NCBI GenBank assembly: GCA_049589355.1
Contig: JBAWAP010000323.1
Span: 24,539-88,538 of the forward strand
DNA from: Anaerolineae bacterium
GTDB lineage: Bacteria > Chloroflexota > Anaerolineae > VGOG01
Direction of reading: 5' to 3'
Length of the DNA stretch: 64,000 nt
The position numbers and the translations under genes are program-made. Shown piece by piece: positions 1 through 11,878 of the stretch; the first letter of the stretch is position 1, and each line of letters opens with the position of its first letter. The notes below the pieces were generated by a model. The model saw nothing but the letters and a program-made list of their open reading frames with translations, made no database searches and was not told the origin of the DNA.

Positions 1-2807
<2,807 letters not shown>

Positions 2808-2835
2808 CACAATAAGAGGCCACGTTGGAGGGGAG

Positions 2836-2872
2836 GGCGGTGATCGAGTTTAGTTCGGTCACCGCCTTTTTT
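2836..2872 (+). terminator. Rho-independent terminator after rpoC
   Basis: GGCGGTGA...TCACCGCC hairpin followed by TTTTTT. Confidence 0.6.
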
Positions 2873-2968
2873 CTTAGGCGACAGCATCTGACAGCGAACT
2901 CAGGGATTGAACGAATCCGTGCTGAAGCGCCCCAATTCGTTCAATCCATAGATTCGTTGTCATATTGT

Positions 2969-2997
2969 TTGACAAAAGCCTGGAAATGGCATATAGT
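2969..2997 (+). promoter_or_regulatory. sigma70-type promoter (TTGACA-17 nt-TATAGT)
   Basis: Consensus -35 at 2969-2974, 17-nt spacer, -10 at 2992-2997, about 60 nt upstream of the CSD gene. Confidence 0.6.
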
Positions 2998-3057
2998 AGA
3001 GGCACAGCTTACCCTGCCAGGAGGTCAAATCCTGGTTTGATATGGCAAGGAGGCAAA

Positions 3058-3423
3058 ATGTATTATTCAGACAAGATGCTCACTTGTGAGCAATGCGGAG
3101 CTCAATTTGTGTTCACCGTCACCGAACAGCGAGAAATGGCCGAGCGAGGGGCCGAGTTGTTCGAGCCCAAGTTCTGCCCTCGCTGCCGCGCTGCCGAAGA
3201 GCCTGGAGTTAAGCTCATTGGACGGGTGAAATGGTTCGACGCCATCAAAGGCTGGGGGTTCATTACTAAGGCCAACGGTGAGGACATCTTCGTTCACCGC
3301 ACCGGCATCGAGGGCTACGGTACCCTGCAAGACGGCCAGGAGGTGGAGTTCCAGATCGAACAAACCCCCAAAGGGCCCGCAGCGGTCCAGGTAGTCCCTC
3401 TGCCGACGGATGAGGAGAGTTAA
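3058..3423 (+). CDS. Cold-shock-domain protein with N-terminal zinc-ribbon
   Basis: C-terminal half is a canonical CSD (GRVKWFDAIKGWGFITKANGEDIFVH). N-terminus has CEQCG...CPRCR. Start set to ATG 3058 behind AAGGAGG, because the longer ORF from 2965 runs through the promoter. Confidence 0.85.
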   Translation: MYYSDKMLTCEQCGAQFVFTVTEQREMAERGAELFEPKFCPRCRAAEEPGVKLIGRVKWFDAIKGWGFITKANGEDIFVHRTGIEGYGTLQDGQEVEFQIEQTPKGPAAVQVVPLPTDEES

Positions 3424-3432
3424 GAACAACAG

Positions 3433-4860
3433 ATGCTGCGTACTAAGATCGTTTGTACCATCGGGCCAGCCAGCCATGCCCCTGAGATGCTGCGAGAGCT
3501 GATGCTGGCCGGCATGGACGTGGCTCGTCTGAACTTCTCCCACGGCGACCAATCCTACCACGGCGGGAACATCGAGCGCATCCGCGCCGTGGCTAGCGAA
3601 GTGGGGAAACCTATAGCCATCCTGACCGACCTCCAGGGGCCCAAGCTGCGGGTTGGGGAGATGGAGGGGGAAGGGGTCCTTTTGGTTTCGGGGGAGAAGG
3701 TGAGCCTGACTACACGGCCCATTGTAGGTCACGAGGCCTCTGGCGAGTTGCCCGTCCAGTATGCCCACCTTCCCCGAGACGTGGAACCCGGCGATCGCAT
3801 CCTCATTGACGACGGGCTGCTGGAGCTGGAGGTGCTCTCCACCGGGGAGACGGACATCGCCTGTCAGGTGATCACCGGAGGTTTACTCCAGACCAACAAG
3901 GGAATGAACCTGCCCCGCGCCTCTCACGCCATTCCGGCCATCACCGATAAGGACCGCCGAGACTTGTGCTTTGTGTTGGAGCAGCAAGTGGACTGGGTTG
4001 CCCTCTCCTTTGTGCGCCACTCAGGCGAGATACAGGAGCTGAAGGAGATGATTCGGGAGCTCTCAACCTCCGGCAGCCCCGTGCCTGTGGTGGCCAAAAT
4101 CGAGAAACCGGAGGCTGTGGACGACATTGATGCGATCATCGAGGCGGCGGACGCGATCATGGTGGCCCGTGGCGATTTGGGGATCGAGACCTCGCCAGAG
4201 GCTGTGCCCATAGTGCAGAAGATGATCATTGCCAAATGCAACGCTGTGGGCAAGCCGGTAATTACCGCCACCCAGATGTTGGATTCGATGATCCATAACC
4301 CGCGGCCTACCAGGGCTGAAGCCAGCGACGTGGCCAATGCCATCCTGGATGGCACCGATGCTATCATGCTCTCTGGTGAGACGGCGGTGGGTAAGTATCC
4401 CCTCGAATCCGTGCGGACGATGGTCAGGATCGCCGAGGAGGCTGAGCGGGGTGGAATGGAAGGCCTGGCTAGGCCCCGTCCGCCCCTTGGCCCGGTGACC
4501 TCCATTGCCGACGCCGTCAGCCATGCCGCCCGTGAGACGGCCTGTGATCTGGGGGCAGCGGCGATCATCACCCCCACTATCTCAGGCCACACTGCTCAGG
4601 TCATCTCTAAATATCGTCCTCGCTGCTCCATCATCGCCGTTACACCCAGCCCCAGGGTTCAGTGCCAGTTGGCCCTCTACTGGGGGGTTCGTCCGCTGCT
4701 GTCGAGGCGCGCGGAGAGCACCGATGAAATAATCGCTGGTGCGGTCAGGGCTGCTCAAGAGCATGGATTGGTAAAGCCAGGCGACGTGGTAGTGGTCACT
4801 GCCGGAGCGGCGAGCAGCGGCCCTGGCACGACGGACATCATGAAGGTGCAAGTCGTCTAG
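3433..4860 (+). CDS. pyk: Pyruvate kinase
   Basis: MLRTKIVCTIGPAS, NFSHG, MVARGDLG motifs. Full-length 475 aa. Confidence 0.95.
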   Translation: MLRTKIVCTIGPASHAPEMLRELMLAGMDVARLNFSHGDQSYHGGNIERIRAVASEVGKPIAILTDLQGPKLRVGEMEGEGVLLVSGEKVSLTTRPIVGHEASGELPVQYAHLPRDVEPGDRILIDDGLLELEVLSTGETDIACQVITGGLLQTNKGMNLPRASHAIPAITDKDRRDLCFVLEQQVDWVALSFVRHSGEIQELKEMIRELSTSGSPVPVVAKIEKPEAVDDIDAIIEAADAIMVARGDLGIETSPEAVPIVQKMIIAKCNAVGKPVITATQMLDSMIHNPRPTRAEASDVANAILDGTDAIMLSGETAVGKYPLESVRTMVRIAEEAERGGMEGLARPRPPLGPVTSIADAVSHAARETACDLGAAAIITPTISGHTAQVISKYRPRCSIIAVTPSPRVQCQLALYWGVRPLLSRRAESTDEIIAGAVRAAQEHGLVKPGDVVVVTAGAASSGPGTTDIMKVQVV

Positions 4861-4868
4861 GTCCTTGT

Positions 4869-4897
4869 TTGACAACGCTTCCACCCCGTGTTACAAT
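4869..4897 (+). promoter_or_regulatory. sigma70-type promoter (TTGACA-17 nt-TACAAT) for the tRNA gene
   Basis: -35 at 4869-4874 and -10 at 4892-4897, 11 nt before the tRNA 5' end. Confidence 0.65.
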
Positions 4898-4908
4898 GAA
4901 TTACCCGC

Positions 4909-4985
4909 GCCCCTGTAGCTCAATTGGAGAGAGCGTCTGACTTCGAATCAGCAGGCTGCAGGTTCGAGTCCTGCCAGGGGCGCCA
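4909..4985 (+). tRNA. tRNA-Arg (anticodon UCG), CCA encoded
   Basis: Hand-folded 77-nt cloverleaf. Acceptor GCCCCTG/CAGGGGC, D arm GCTC-AATTGGAGA-GAGC, anticodon loop CTTCGAA, T arm GCAGG-TTCGAGT-CCTGC, discriminator G plus CCA. One T:C mismatch at the base of the anticodon stem. Confidence 0.85.
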
Positions 4986-5029
4986 AAAGCTTCAACTCGC
5001 CCAAAACTCACCTTGCTTACAGAGATTTA

Positions 5030-5749
5030 ATGATGGAAGATTCTGGAGTGATTGAAGAGGCAGAACGGGTCATGGTCATCACGGCTCACCCCGACGATGC
5101 AGAGTTCAGCGTGGCCGGTGCGGTGGCCAAGTGGGCCCGGGAAGGCAAGACTGTCATCTACGTGATCTGCACTGACGGCAGCCGTGGCAGTAATGACCCC
5201 CAAGTGGAACCGGAACGTATGGTCGCCATTCGAAGAGCTGAGCAAGACGCGGCCGCCAGGCTTTTGGGAGTGGAGGAAATCGTCTATCTGGGTTACGAGG
5301 ACGGCACTCTTCGGCCCACCCTGGCCCTACGTCGGGATCTCACCCGGGCCATCCGCCGCTACCGGCCGGACGTCGTCGTTTGCCCAGACCCCACCTTCCG
5401 CTACGGCGATGGTTACCTGAATCACCCTGACCACCGCGCCGCTGGCGATGCTGCCCTGGATGCCGTCTTCCCTTCGGCCAGCACCCGCTACATCTTCCCA
5501 GAACTCCTGGCCGAGGGGTTGGAACCCCACACCGTGCGAGAGGTCTTACTCCGAGGAGCACCCTCACGGAACCTCTGGGTGGACATCAGCGACACCATCG
5601 GTCTCAAGATCGCAGCCCTCAAGAAGCACGAAAGTCAAGTAAGCCATATTCAGGATTTGGAGGAAGGGATCCGAGCCTGGGCCCGGGAGGAGGCGACGGG
5701 GCGGGATATGACTTACGCCGAGTCTTTCAAGCGCATCATCCTGGGTTGA
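5030..5749 (+). CDS. PIG-L/LmbE-family N-acetylglucosaminyl deacetylase
   Basis: VITAHPDDAEF and HPDH zinc-deacetylase motifs. 239 aa. Confidence 0.8.
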   Translation: MMEDSGVIEEAERVMVITAHPDDAEFSVAGAVAKWAREGKTVIYVICTDGSRGSNDPQVEPERMVAIRRAEQDAAARLLGVEEIVYLGYEDGTLRPTLALRRDLTRAIRRYRPDVVVCPDPTFRYGDGYLNHPDHRAAGDAALDAVFPSASTRYIFPELLAEGLEPHTVREVLLRGAPSRNLWVDISDTIGLKIAALKKHESQVSHIQDLEEGIRAWAREEATGRDMTYAESFKRIILG

Positions 5750-5766
5750 GATTAGAGGTGTAACCT

Positions 5767-7119
5767 ATGCAGCCCGTGAAAATCGTCTTTATCGGTGCCG
5801 GCAGCATCTCGTTCGGGCCGTCCCAGATCCAGGATTTCGTGCTGGAGCCGGCCCTTAGCGGCAGTACAGTGGTGCTGGTGGACACCAACCCCGAGGCCCT
5901 CGACCTGATGACGCGCTTTGCCCAGCGCCTCAACCAGACGCTGGACGCTGGCCTCACCATTGAGGCTACCACCGACCGCTGGCAAGCCCTGCCTGAGGCC
6001 GACTTCGTCATTACCTCGGTGGCGGTGGACCGCGTGGCGACGTGGAAAAAGGACTTCGAAATCCCCCTCAAGCACGGCATCCAGCACGTCCTGGGCGAGA
6101 ACGGCGGCCCCGGCGGGCTCTCGCACACGCTACGCAATGTCCCCTTGCTTCTCGGCATCGCCCGCGATATGGAGAGGCTTTGCTCCAAAGCCCTGCTCCT
6201 CAATTTTACCAACCCTGAAAGCCGCATCTGCCTGGCCCTCGATCGTTACACCGATATCGCTTACGCTGGACTGTGCCACGGGCTGACGATGGGGCTGGAG
6301 ATGGTCAGCGACATCACCGGCATCGAGGTTGCTGATTTGCAGGGCAAGGCCGCTGGGCTGAACCACTTCTGCTGGTTCCTGGACCTCCGCCGCCAGAGCA
6401 CGGGCGAGGACGTCTACCCGCTGTTGCGGGAGCGCGAGCCGTACTATGAACCATCAGGCCCGCACCAGGAGTCCCACATCCTCTGCCGCCGTCTGTTCCG
6501 CACCTTTGGCCTCTTCCCCTACGCTGGCGATGACCACACCGGGGAGTACCTGCCCTATGCCCATGAGTTCTGCGGCACCGATGGCCCTCCGTGGGAGTTC
6601 TGGGATACTACTTTCAGCAGCTTCGCCAGACGGGTACGGGAGATCGCCGACGGCGTGCGCCCGGTGCCCGAGGTATGGGATCGCGCCCCGACTCCTGATG
6701 ATTACGCACCAGAGAACATTGACGGCCTGGGACTATTCCCCTCCGGAGAATACACTGTGCTCATCATTACGGGGGTGGCCGACAACCGCGACAACTACAT
6801 CCCGGCGCTAAACATCCGCAACGATGGCTGTATTGAGAACCTGCCTGACTGGGCCGTGGTCGAGATCCCGGGCATGGCCTCGGCCGACGGATTGCGGGGC
6901 CTCCACATGGGCGCCCTGCCTGATGCGTGCGTTGCTCCCCTGCTCACGCAGGTTTATGTGCAGAGCCTGGCCGTTGACGCGGCGGTGAAGGGCTCGCGGG
7001 AGCTGGCCTTGCAGGCCATGCTGATTGATCCGGTGATCCAGTCCTGGGAGGCTGCCGAGAAGACGCTGGACGAGCTGCTCGAAGTCCACGCCAGATACTT
7101 ACCGCAGTTCACGACGTAG
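5767..7119 (+). CDS. Glycoside hydrolase family 4 (NAD-dependent alpha-glucosidase/galactosidase type)
   Basis: N-terminal KIVFIGAGSISFG Rossmann motif and GLCHG motif. 450 aa. Confidence 0.8.
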   Translation: MQPVKIVFIGAGSISFGPSQIQDFVLEPALSGSTVVLVDTNPEALDLMTRFAQRLNQTLDAGLTIEATTDRWQALPEADFVITSVAVDRVATWKKDFEIPLKHGIQHVLGENGGPGGLSHTLRNVPLLLGIARDMERLCSKALLLNFTNPESRICLALDRYTDIAYAGLCHGLTMGLEMVSDITGIEVADLQGKAAGLNHFCWFLDLRRQSTGEDVYPLLREREPYYEPSGPHQESHILCRRLFRTFGLFPYAGDDHTGEYLPYAHEFCGTDGPPWEFWDTTFSSFARRVREIADGVRPVPEVWDRAPTPDDYAPENIDGLGLFPSGEYTVLIITGVADNRDNYIPALNIRNDGCIENLPDWAVVEIPGMASADGLRGLHMGALPDACVAPLLTQVYVQSLAVDAAVKGSRELALQAMLIDPVIQSWEAAEKTLDELLEVHARYLPQFTT

Positions 7120-7149
7120 AAAGGAGGAGGTCAGATATGCATGTATAGT

Positions 7150-7184
7150 CAATATCCAATATCCAGCATCCAATATCCAATATC
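7150..7184. repeat. Five tandem heptamers (CAATATC x4, CAGCATC x1)
   Basis: Read directly. Lies between the GH4 stop and the RBS of the SBP gene. Confidence 0.9.
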
Positions 7185-7203
7185 TAAGCAAGGAGGAACC
7201 CAA

Positions 7204-8736
7204 ATGTGCAAAAAACGAATACTCTTCATCGTGACACTGTTACTGGCATTGGCTCTGGGGGTGAGCGCGGCCAACGGTGCTCCGCCGGCCCAGGGGGAAT
7301 TGACCTACACAGTTAAGCTAGGTGACAACCTCTGGACCCTGGCGGAGAAGTACCTGGGCAGCGGCCCGGCCTATTGGGCCATCGTCGGCGCTACCAACGC
7401 CACATATAAGGATGATCCGAGCTTCGCCTACATCGCAAACCCCAACTTGATCCATCCCGGTTGGAAGCTCCTCATCCCCAGCGCCGAGGAAGCGGAAGCG
7501 TACATTGCGCTCGCCAAGCCCGCTCCTGTCACTCTCCTCTGGGCTTTCTGGGGCAGCCCAACGGAGGCGGAAACCCATAGGAAGGTGGCAGACGCTTTTA
7601 CGGCCGAACATCCCCATATCACAATCGAGACCATGGTCGAGCCATGGAGCGACTACTTCACCAAGGTCCAGACCCTTTGGGCCAGCGGTGACGCGTCGGT
7701 GATTCCGGACGTGCTCTTCCTGTGGCCTACGCCTCGCTACGCCGCCGATGGCGTGCTGGAAAACCTCGACCCCTGGATTAAGAAAACCGGCTATGACCTG
7801 AGCGACTACTGGCCGGCACTGCTGGAATCGGCCATGTACAACGGCAGCGTCTACGGCCTGCCCCGCGACATCAGCGTGGAGGCGCTCTACTACAACAAAG
7901 ACATCTTCGACGAGGCTGGCGTGTCGTATCCCACCGATGACTGGACCTGGGACGACTTCCTGGCGGCCGCCGAGAAGCTGACCGTGGTCGAGGCCAGTGG
8001 TCGGGTGAAGCGCTATGCCCTGGGCATGGAGGGCGGCAAGTATCAGTTGTGGATCGGCCAAAACCGGGGCGGCATTCTGGACGACATGCGCAACCCATCC
8101 AAATGTACCTTGACCGAACCGGCGGCCATGCAGGCCATCAAGTTCTTCGCCGACCTGATGAACAACAACTACGCCATGCGTGATGCCGACCTCAGCCAGG
8201 CCGGTGGCGATGCTGCCGTCTTCCAGAGCGGCCAGGTTGCCATGATCATCCAGAACTCCAGCCGGGTGTCGGCTTTTAACCAGGCTGGCCTGAACTATGA
8301 CGTGGCCATGGTGCCCATCCCCAAGGGCGGCCAGCGGTCGGCCTCCGCCGGCGGCGCAGCCTGGGTGATGAGCAGCGCCAGTGACAACAAGGAGGCAGCC
8401 TGGACTTTCCTGAGCTGGCTGCAGAGCAAGGACGGCGGTCAACACCTCTATACCGCCTCCGGGGAGATCTTCCCGGCCCTCAAGTCCACCGCTCGCTCCG
8501 ACGACTTCCTCAAATCCGGCCAGCCGCCCAAGAATCGCCAGGTCTTCCTCACCGAGGGCGAGAACGCCAAGGTGGGACGGTTTGGCTACTTCCCCGAGTG
8601 GGACGAACTGGAGGAGTCCATCATCCTGCCTGGCCTGCAGCGCATCTGGGCCGGGGAGGCTACCCCCGAACAAGCTGTGCCGGAGATCTGCAAACAGGTA
8701 GACGCCTTCCTGAAGGAGCACGGCTATCCAAAGTAA
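7204..8736 (+). CDS. ABC sugar transporter substrate-binding protein with N-terminal LysM domain
   Basis: ATG 7204 follows AAGGAGG. Signal peptide MCKKRILFIVTLLLALALGVSA. LysM module (YTVKLGDNLWTLAEKY...IHPGWKLLIP) followed by a family-1 SBP body. Confidence 0.85.
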   Translation: MCKKRILFIVTLLLALALGVSAANGAPPAQGELTYTVKLGDNLWTLAEKYLGSGPAYWAIVGATNATYKDDPSFAYIANPNLIHPGWKLLIPSAEEAEAYIALAKPAPVTLLWAFWGSPTEAETHRKVADAFTAEHPHITIETMVEPWSDYFTKVQTLWASGDASVIPDVLFLWPTPRYAADGVLENLDPWIKKTGYDLSDYWPALLESAMYNGSVYGLPRDISVEALYYNKDIFDEAGVSYPTDDWTWDDFLAAAEKLTVVEASGRVKRYALGMEGGKYQLWIGQNRGGILDDMRNPSKCTLTEPAAMQAIKFFADLMNNNYAMRDADLSQAGGDAAVFQSGQVAMIIQNSSRVSAFNQAGLNYDVAMVPIPKGGQRSASAGGAAWVMSSASDNKEAAWTFLSWLQSKDGGQHLYTASGEIFPALKSTARSDDFLKSGQPPKNRQVFLTEGENAKVGRFGYFPEWDELEESIILPGLQRIWAGEATPEQAVPEICKQVDAFLKEHGYPK

Positions 8737-8739
8737 AAG

Positions 8740-8826
8740 CCCTCACCATCCCCCCAGTCCCCTTCCTCTCCCAGATCTGGGAGAGGAAGGGGATGCCGAG
8801 TGGAGCGAGGCGGGGGATGGAGAGGG
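8740..8826. repeat. Nested palindromic element
   Basis: Inner perfect palindrome CCCCTTCCTCTCCC-AGATCT-GGGAGAGGAAGGGG (8759-8792). It is enclosed by CCCTCACCATCCCCC / GGGGGATGGAGAGGG (14/15 complementary). Confidence 0.85.
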
Positions 8827-8841
8827 CCTGTGGATCTGATC

Positions 8842-9873
8842 ATGACCCTCCCACCACATAGGTCTTCATTCCCCAAAGACGTGAGCAAGACTTCCGAAGA
8901 CTTCGGCGAGCTCAGTCGAGCCGTCTCTAAAGCTTCGGAAGTTTATCGTCGCCGTTGGTGGGCCAGGTGGCGGCCCGATCAGCAGTGGGAAGCGTACCTC
9001 TTCCTGTTGCCCAGTTTCGCTGGCTTTCTGATCTTCGTCGCCATCCCTGTCATCGCGGCCCTGGCCCTGAGTTTTGTTCGTTGGAACCTTTTGACCCCTC
9101 CAACTTTTGTCGGCACAGCCAACTATACGCAACTGCTGACCCAGGACCGTATCTTCCACAGGGCGTTCTGGAACACTGCCTATTTCACCGTCACTATCGT
9201 GCCGCTGCAACTGATTCTCGGCCTGTCGCTGGCAGTGGCTCTTAACCAGGCGATCCGTGGCATCACCCTCTATCGTTTGATCTACTTCATGCCTGTCGTC
9301 ACCACCATTGTGGCCGCGGCCCTGGTCTTCCAGTGGATGTTCAACCGCAATTTTGGCCTTGTCAGCGCCATGATCTGGAAGCTGGGGGAGCTAACGGGGC
9401 TTCCCATCAGTCCGCCGGACTGGTTGAGCAGCACCTCTTGGGCAAAGCCGGCCGTAGTGATCCTCACCCTCTGGAAGAACACTGGCTTCACCATGGTGAT
9501 CTATCTGGCGGGGCTGCAGGCCGTCCCGGAAGAATTTTACGACGCCGCCAAGGTGGACGGCGCCAACGCCTGGCAGCGCTTCCGCCGCATCACGATGCCG
9601 ATGATTAGCCCGACGACTTTCTTCTTGCTCGTTATTCAGATGATCGGCGCTTTCCAGCTCTTTAGCGAGCCCTACGTCATGACCCGGACTCAGGGTGGCC
9701 CGCTACAGGCTACCTTGACCATCGTCTACTACATCTACCAAAACGCCTTTCAATTTGGTAGCATGGGCAAAGCCTCGGCCATGGCCTGGGTGTTGTTTAC
9801 CCTGATTTTCACTTTCACCTTTATCCAAACCCGTCTGCAACGACACTGGGTCCACTACGAAGCGGGGGAGTGA
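8842..9873 (+). CDS. ABC sugar transporter permease (MalF-like)
   Basis: Multi-TM protein with EAA loop (DAAKVDGANAWQRFRRITMP). Start uncertain (ATG 8842 or GTG 8881), because the ORF start at 8800 lies inside the palindromic element. Confidence 0.85.
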   Translation: MTLPPHRSSFPKDVSKTSEDFGELSRAVSKASEVYRRRWWARWRPDQQWEAYLFLLPSFAGFLIFVAIPVIAALALSFVRWNLLTPPTFVGTANYTQLLTQDRIFHRAFWNTAYFTVTIVPLQLILGLSLAVALNQAIRGITLYRLIYFMPVVTTIVAAALVFQWMFNRNFGLVSAMIWKLGELTGLPISPPDWLSSTSWAKPAVVILTLWKNTGFTMVIYLAGLQAVPEEFYDAAKVDGANAWQRFRRITMPMISPTTFFLLVIQMIGAFQLFSEPYVMTRTQGGPLQATLTIVYYIYQNAFQFGSMGKASAMAWVLFTLIFTFTFIQTRLQRHWVHYEAGE

Positions 9874-9879
9874 CGAGGT

Positions 9880-10779
9880 ATGGGAGATAGTGCGCTTCCA
9901 TCTGATGTGAGGCGAACAGGGGCTCAGAGGATTTCGGATCTTCCATTCCGCAATCCACAATCCGCAACCCGCAATCTGGCATTGCACGCCATCCTGATCG
10001 CCGGCAGTGTAGTTACGTTGCTGCCCTTTGTGTGGATGCTCAGCACTTCCCTGAAGGAACCGCGGGAGATCTTCACCTACCCACCCGTCTGGATCCCCAG
10101 CCGCATCGCCTGGGAAAACTACGCCACCACTGTTTCGATCATGCCCTTTGGCCGCTTTTATTTCAACAGCCTGGTGGTGGCCACCAGTGTCACCTTCCTG
10201 CAGATCCTCACCTCCTCCCTGGCCGCTTTCGCCTTTGCCCGGCTGCGCTTTCGGGGACGTAATGTGCTTTTTCTGCTTTACCTGGCCACGTTGATGATCC
10301 CGTTCCAGGTGACGATGATTCCTAACTTTATCCTCATCCGCCTGCTGGGATGGTACGATTCCTACCAGGCCCTTATCTTGCCTCCAGCCTTCTCGGCCTT
10401 CAGCACTTTTTTGCTGCGCCAGTATTTCCTGGGCATTCCTATGGACCTGGACGAAGCGGCCCGCATGGATGGCGCGTCCTCTTTGCGAATATGGTGGCGG
10501 ATCATCATGCCTCTAAGCGGCCCAGCCATTGCTGCCCTGGCCGTTTTCATCTTCCTCGGCTCCTGGAACGATTTCCTGTGGCCGTTGGTCATCACCACCT
10601 CGTTGAAGATGCGCACCCTGCCTGTGGGCCTCAGCGCATTTCAGGGCCAGTACAACGTGCAGTGGCACCTGCTGATGGCTGGCTCCGTCATCGCCATGCT
10701 GCCGGTGCTCATCATCTACGCCGTTGGCCAGAAATGGATCGTGCGAGGCATCACCCTTACGGGCATGGGTGGGCGCTGA
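9880..10779 (+). CDS. ABC sugar transporter permease (MalG-like)
   Basis: Six TM segments and EAA loop (DEAARMDGASSLRIWWRIIMP). The N-terminal tail is encoded by tandem heptamers CAATCCA/CAATCCG/CAACCCG/CAATCTG (9944-9978). Confidence 0.85.
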   Translation: MGDSALPSDVRRTGAQRISDLPFRNPQSATRNLALHAILIAGSVVTLLPFVWMLSTSLKEPREIFTYPPVWIPSRIAWENYATTVSIMPFGRFYFNSLVVATSVTFLQILTSSLAAFAFARLRFRGRNVLFLLYLATLMIPFQVTMIPNFILIRLLGWYDSYQALILPPAFSAFSTFLLRQYFLGIPMDLDEAARMDGASSLRIWWRIIMPLSGPAIAALAVFIFLGSWNDFLWPLVITTSLKMRTLPVGLSAFQGQYNVQWHLLMAGSVIAMLPVLIIYAVGQKWIVRGITLTGMGGR

Positions 10780-10783
10780 AACA

Positions 10784-10821
10784 TAAGACTTCCGAAGTCT
10801 GCCAGACTCCGGAAGTCTTAT
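10784..10821. repeat. Palindrome pair of the GACYTCSGARGTC family
   Basis: TAAGACTTCCGAAGTCT-GCC-AGACTCCGGAAGTCTTA immediately after the permease stop codon. Confidence 0.85.
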
Positions 10822-10867
10822 TAGCCGACTTTGGCTTTAGCCTGCGAATGGGAATTCGCAGGCTTTT

Positions 10868-11878
10868 CTATTTCTTCTCGATAAGCAGGCGATAGATCTC
10901 TGTCGGCTGGGCGCCGAAACGAAACTTGTATTCCTCGTCGCCGCGCAAAAAGTCGAATTTCGCCCGGCCCAACTCGATGGCCCACTGGATGCAGTAGGCC
11001 AGGAGGACGATGCCAGGGCTTAGCCAGGCGTGCTTTTGGGGATCGTACCCAGAATTATAGACCAGAATGGAATCACGGTAGTCGAAGTTCAGCATGGTGG
11101 CCGCCTTCTCCCCATTGATTTCCATGAAAGCCAACTGCAACCATCCAGCCTCGTGCAAGACTTGGGCTGCGGCGTGGAAGAAACCCTCCATCCGGGCGTC
11201 CATGAACTCGTCCTTGTCAACGTCGCTCTTCTGATGCAGTTCAATGAAAGCTTCCATCTCCGCTGCCAGGTCGTGCTCTTCGTTCATGATGTACCAGTTG
11301 ATCTGCCCGCTGTCCTCGGCCTTGCGGAGCTTGCGGCGGATCTCATGGCGTTGTTTCCCGTCCAAGGAACTCAGGTATTCATCCCAGGTAGATGGCAGGA
11401 AGATGATAGGGCAGACATCTTCCACCTCTGTCTGGACCTGGTAACCCCGAGCCGTGGCCATCTCGACCAGGAGCTGGTGGGTGGGGGAGGCAGCCGGGAT
11501 GTTGCACAGGTCGGCCAGGTCCCAGGTGGGCGCTTCATTGCTCCCCAGCCAATCCAGCAAGGCACTGTAAACTCTCTCCTCCTGGCCGCTGGCGGCGATA
11601 ATATCCAGGTAGTCGGACACGTCGCGGCAACCCACGATGGACAGGGTCTTCAGCCCATTGTCCGAGGTGGTCAGGTACAGGGGGGCGATGCCTGAGAGAT
11701 GGCTGCCATCGCGCACGGCGATCAGGTAGAGCTCGCCCTCGCCCAGGTGCTCCCACCAGGTACTTTGCCATTCCCAGGTCAGGAAGATGGTATCGGATGC
11801 GCTATCGCGCAGGAGGGGATTCCATTCTTCGCGCAAAGCTGTGAAGCCGGCGGCGTCGGTGTATACCTGGGTTGTCAT
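10868..11878 (-). CDS. CelD/BioF2-like GNAT acyltransferase (Acetyltransf_6 type)
   Basis: 336 aa. C-terminal FDFLRGDEEYKFRFGA signature typical of this family. Confidence 0.6.
   Translation of the reverse strand: MTTQVYTDAAGFTALREEWNPLLRDSASDTIFLTWEWQSTWWEHLGEGELYLIAVRDGSHLSGIAPLYLTTSDNGLKTLSIVGCRDVSDYLDIIAASGQEERVYSALLDWLGSNEAPTWDLADLCNIPAASPTHQLLVEMATARGYQVQTEVEDVCPIIFLPSTWDEYLSSLDGKQRHEIRRKLRKAEDSGQINWYIMNEEHDLAAEMEAFIELHQKSDVDKDEFMDARMEGFFHAAAQVLHEAGWLQLAFMEINGEKAATMLNFDYRDSILVYNSGYDPQKHAWLSPGIVLLAYCIQWAIELGRAKFDFLRGDEEYKFRFGAQPTEIYRLLIEKK

Noticed and set aside
2965-3057. N-terminal extensions offered by the ORF track at 2965, 7141, 8800, 13044, 23929, 34657, 39860, 44144, 44929, 50272 and 54572.
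   Set aside because: The extensions run through promoters, repeat elements, the T-box leader or the preceding gene. Internal starts with good Shine-Dalgarno sequences and native-looking N-termini were preferred.
7318-8721. A 467-aa ORF antisense to the LysM-SBP gene. Similar long antisense or alternate-frame ORFs occur at 3067-3768, 3924-4592, 32882-33865, 48777-49442 and 60357-61292.
   Set aside because: They are Ala/Arg/Gly/Pro-rich, have no recognisable motifs, and lie opposite genes with clear family signatures. Such ORFs are typical open-frame artefacts of high-GC DNA.
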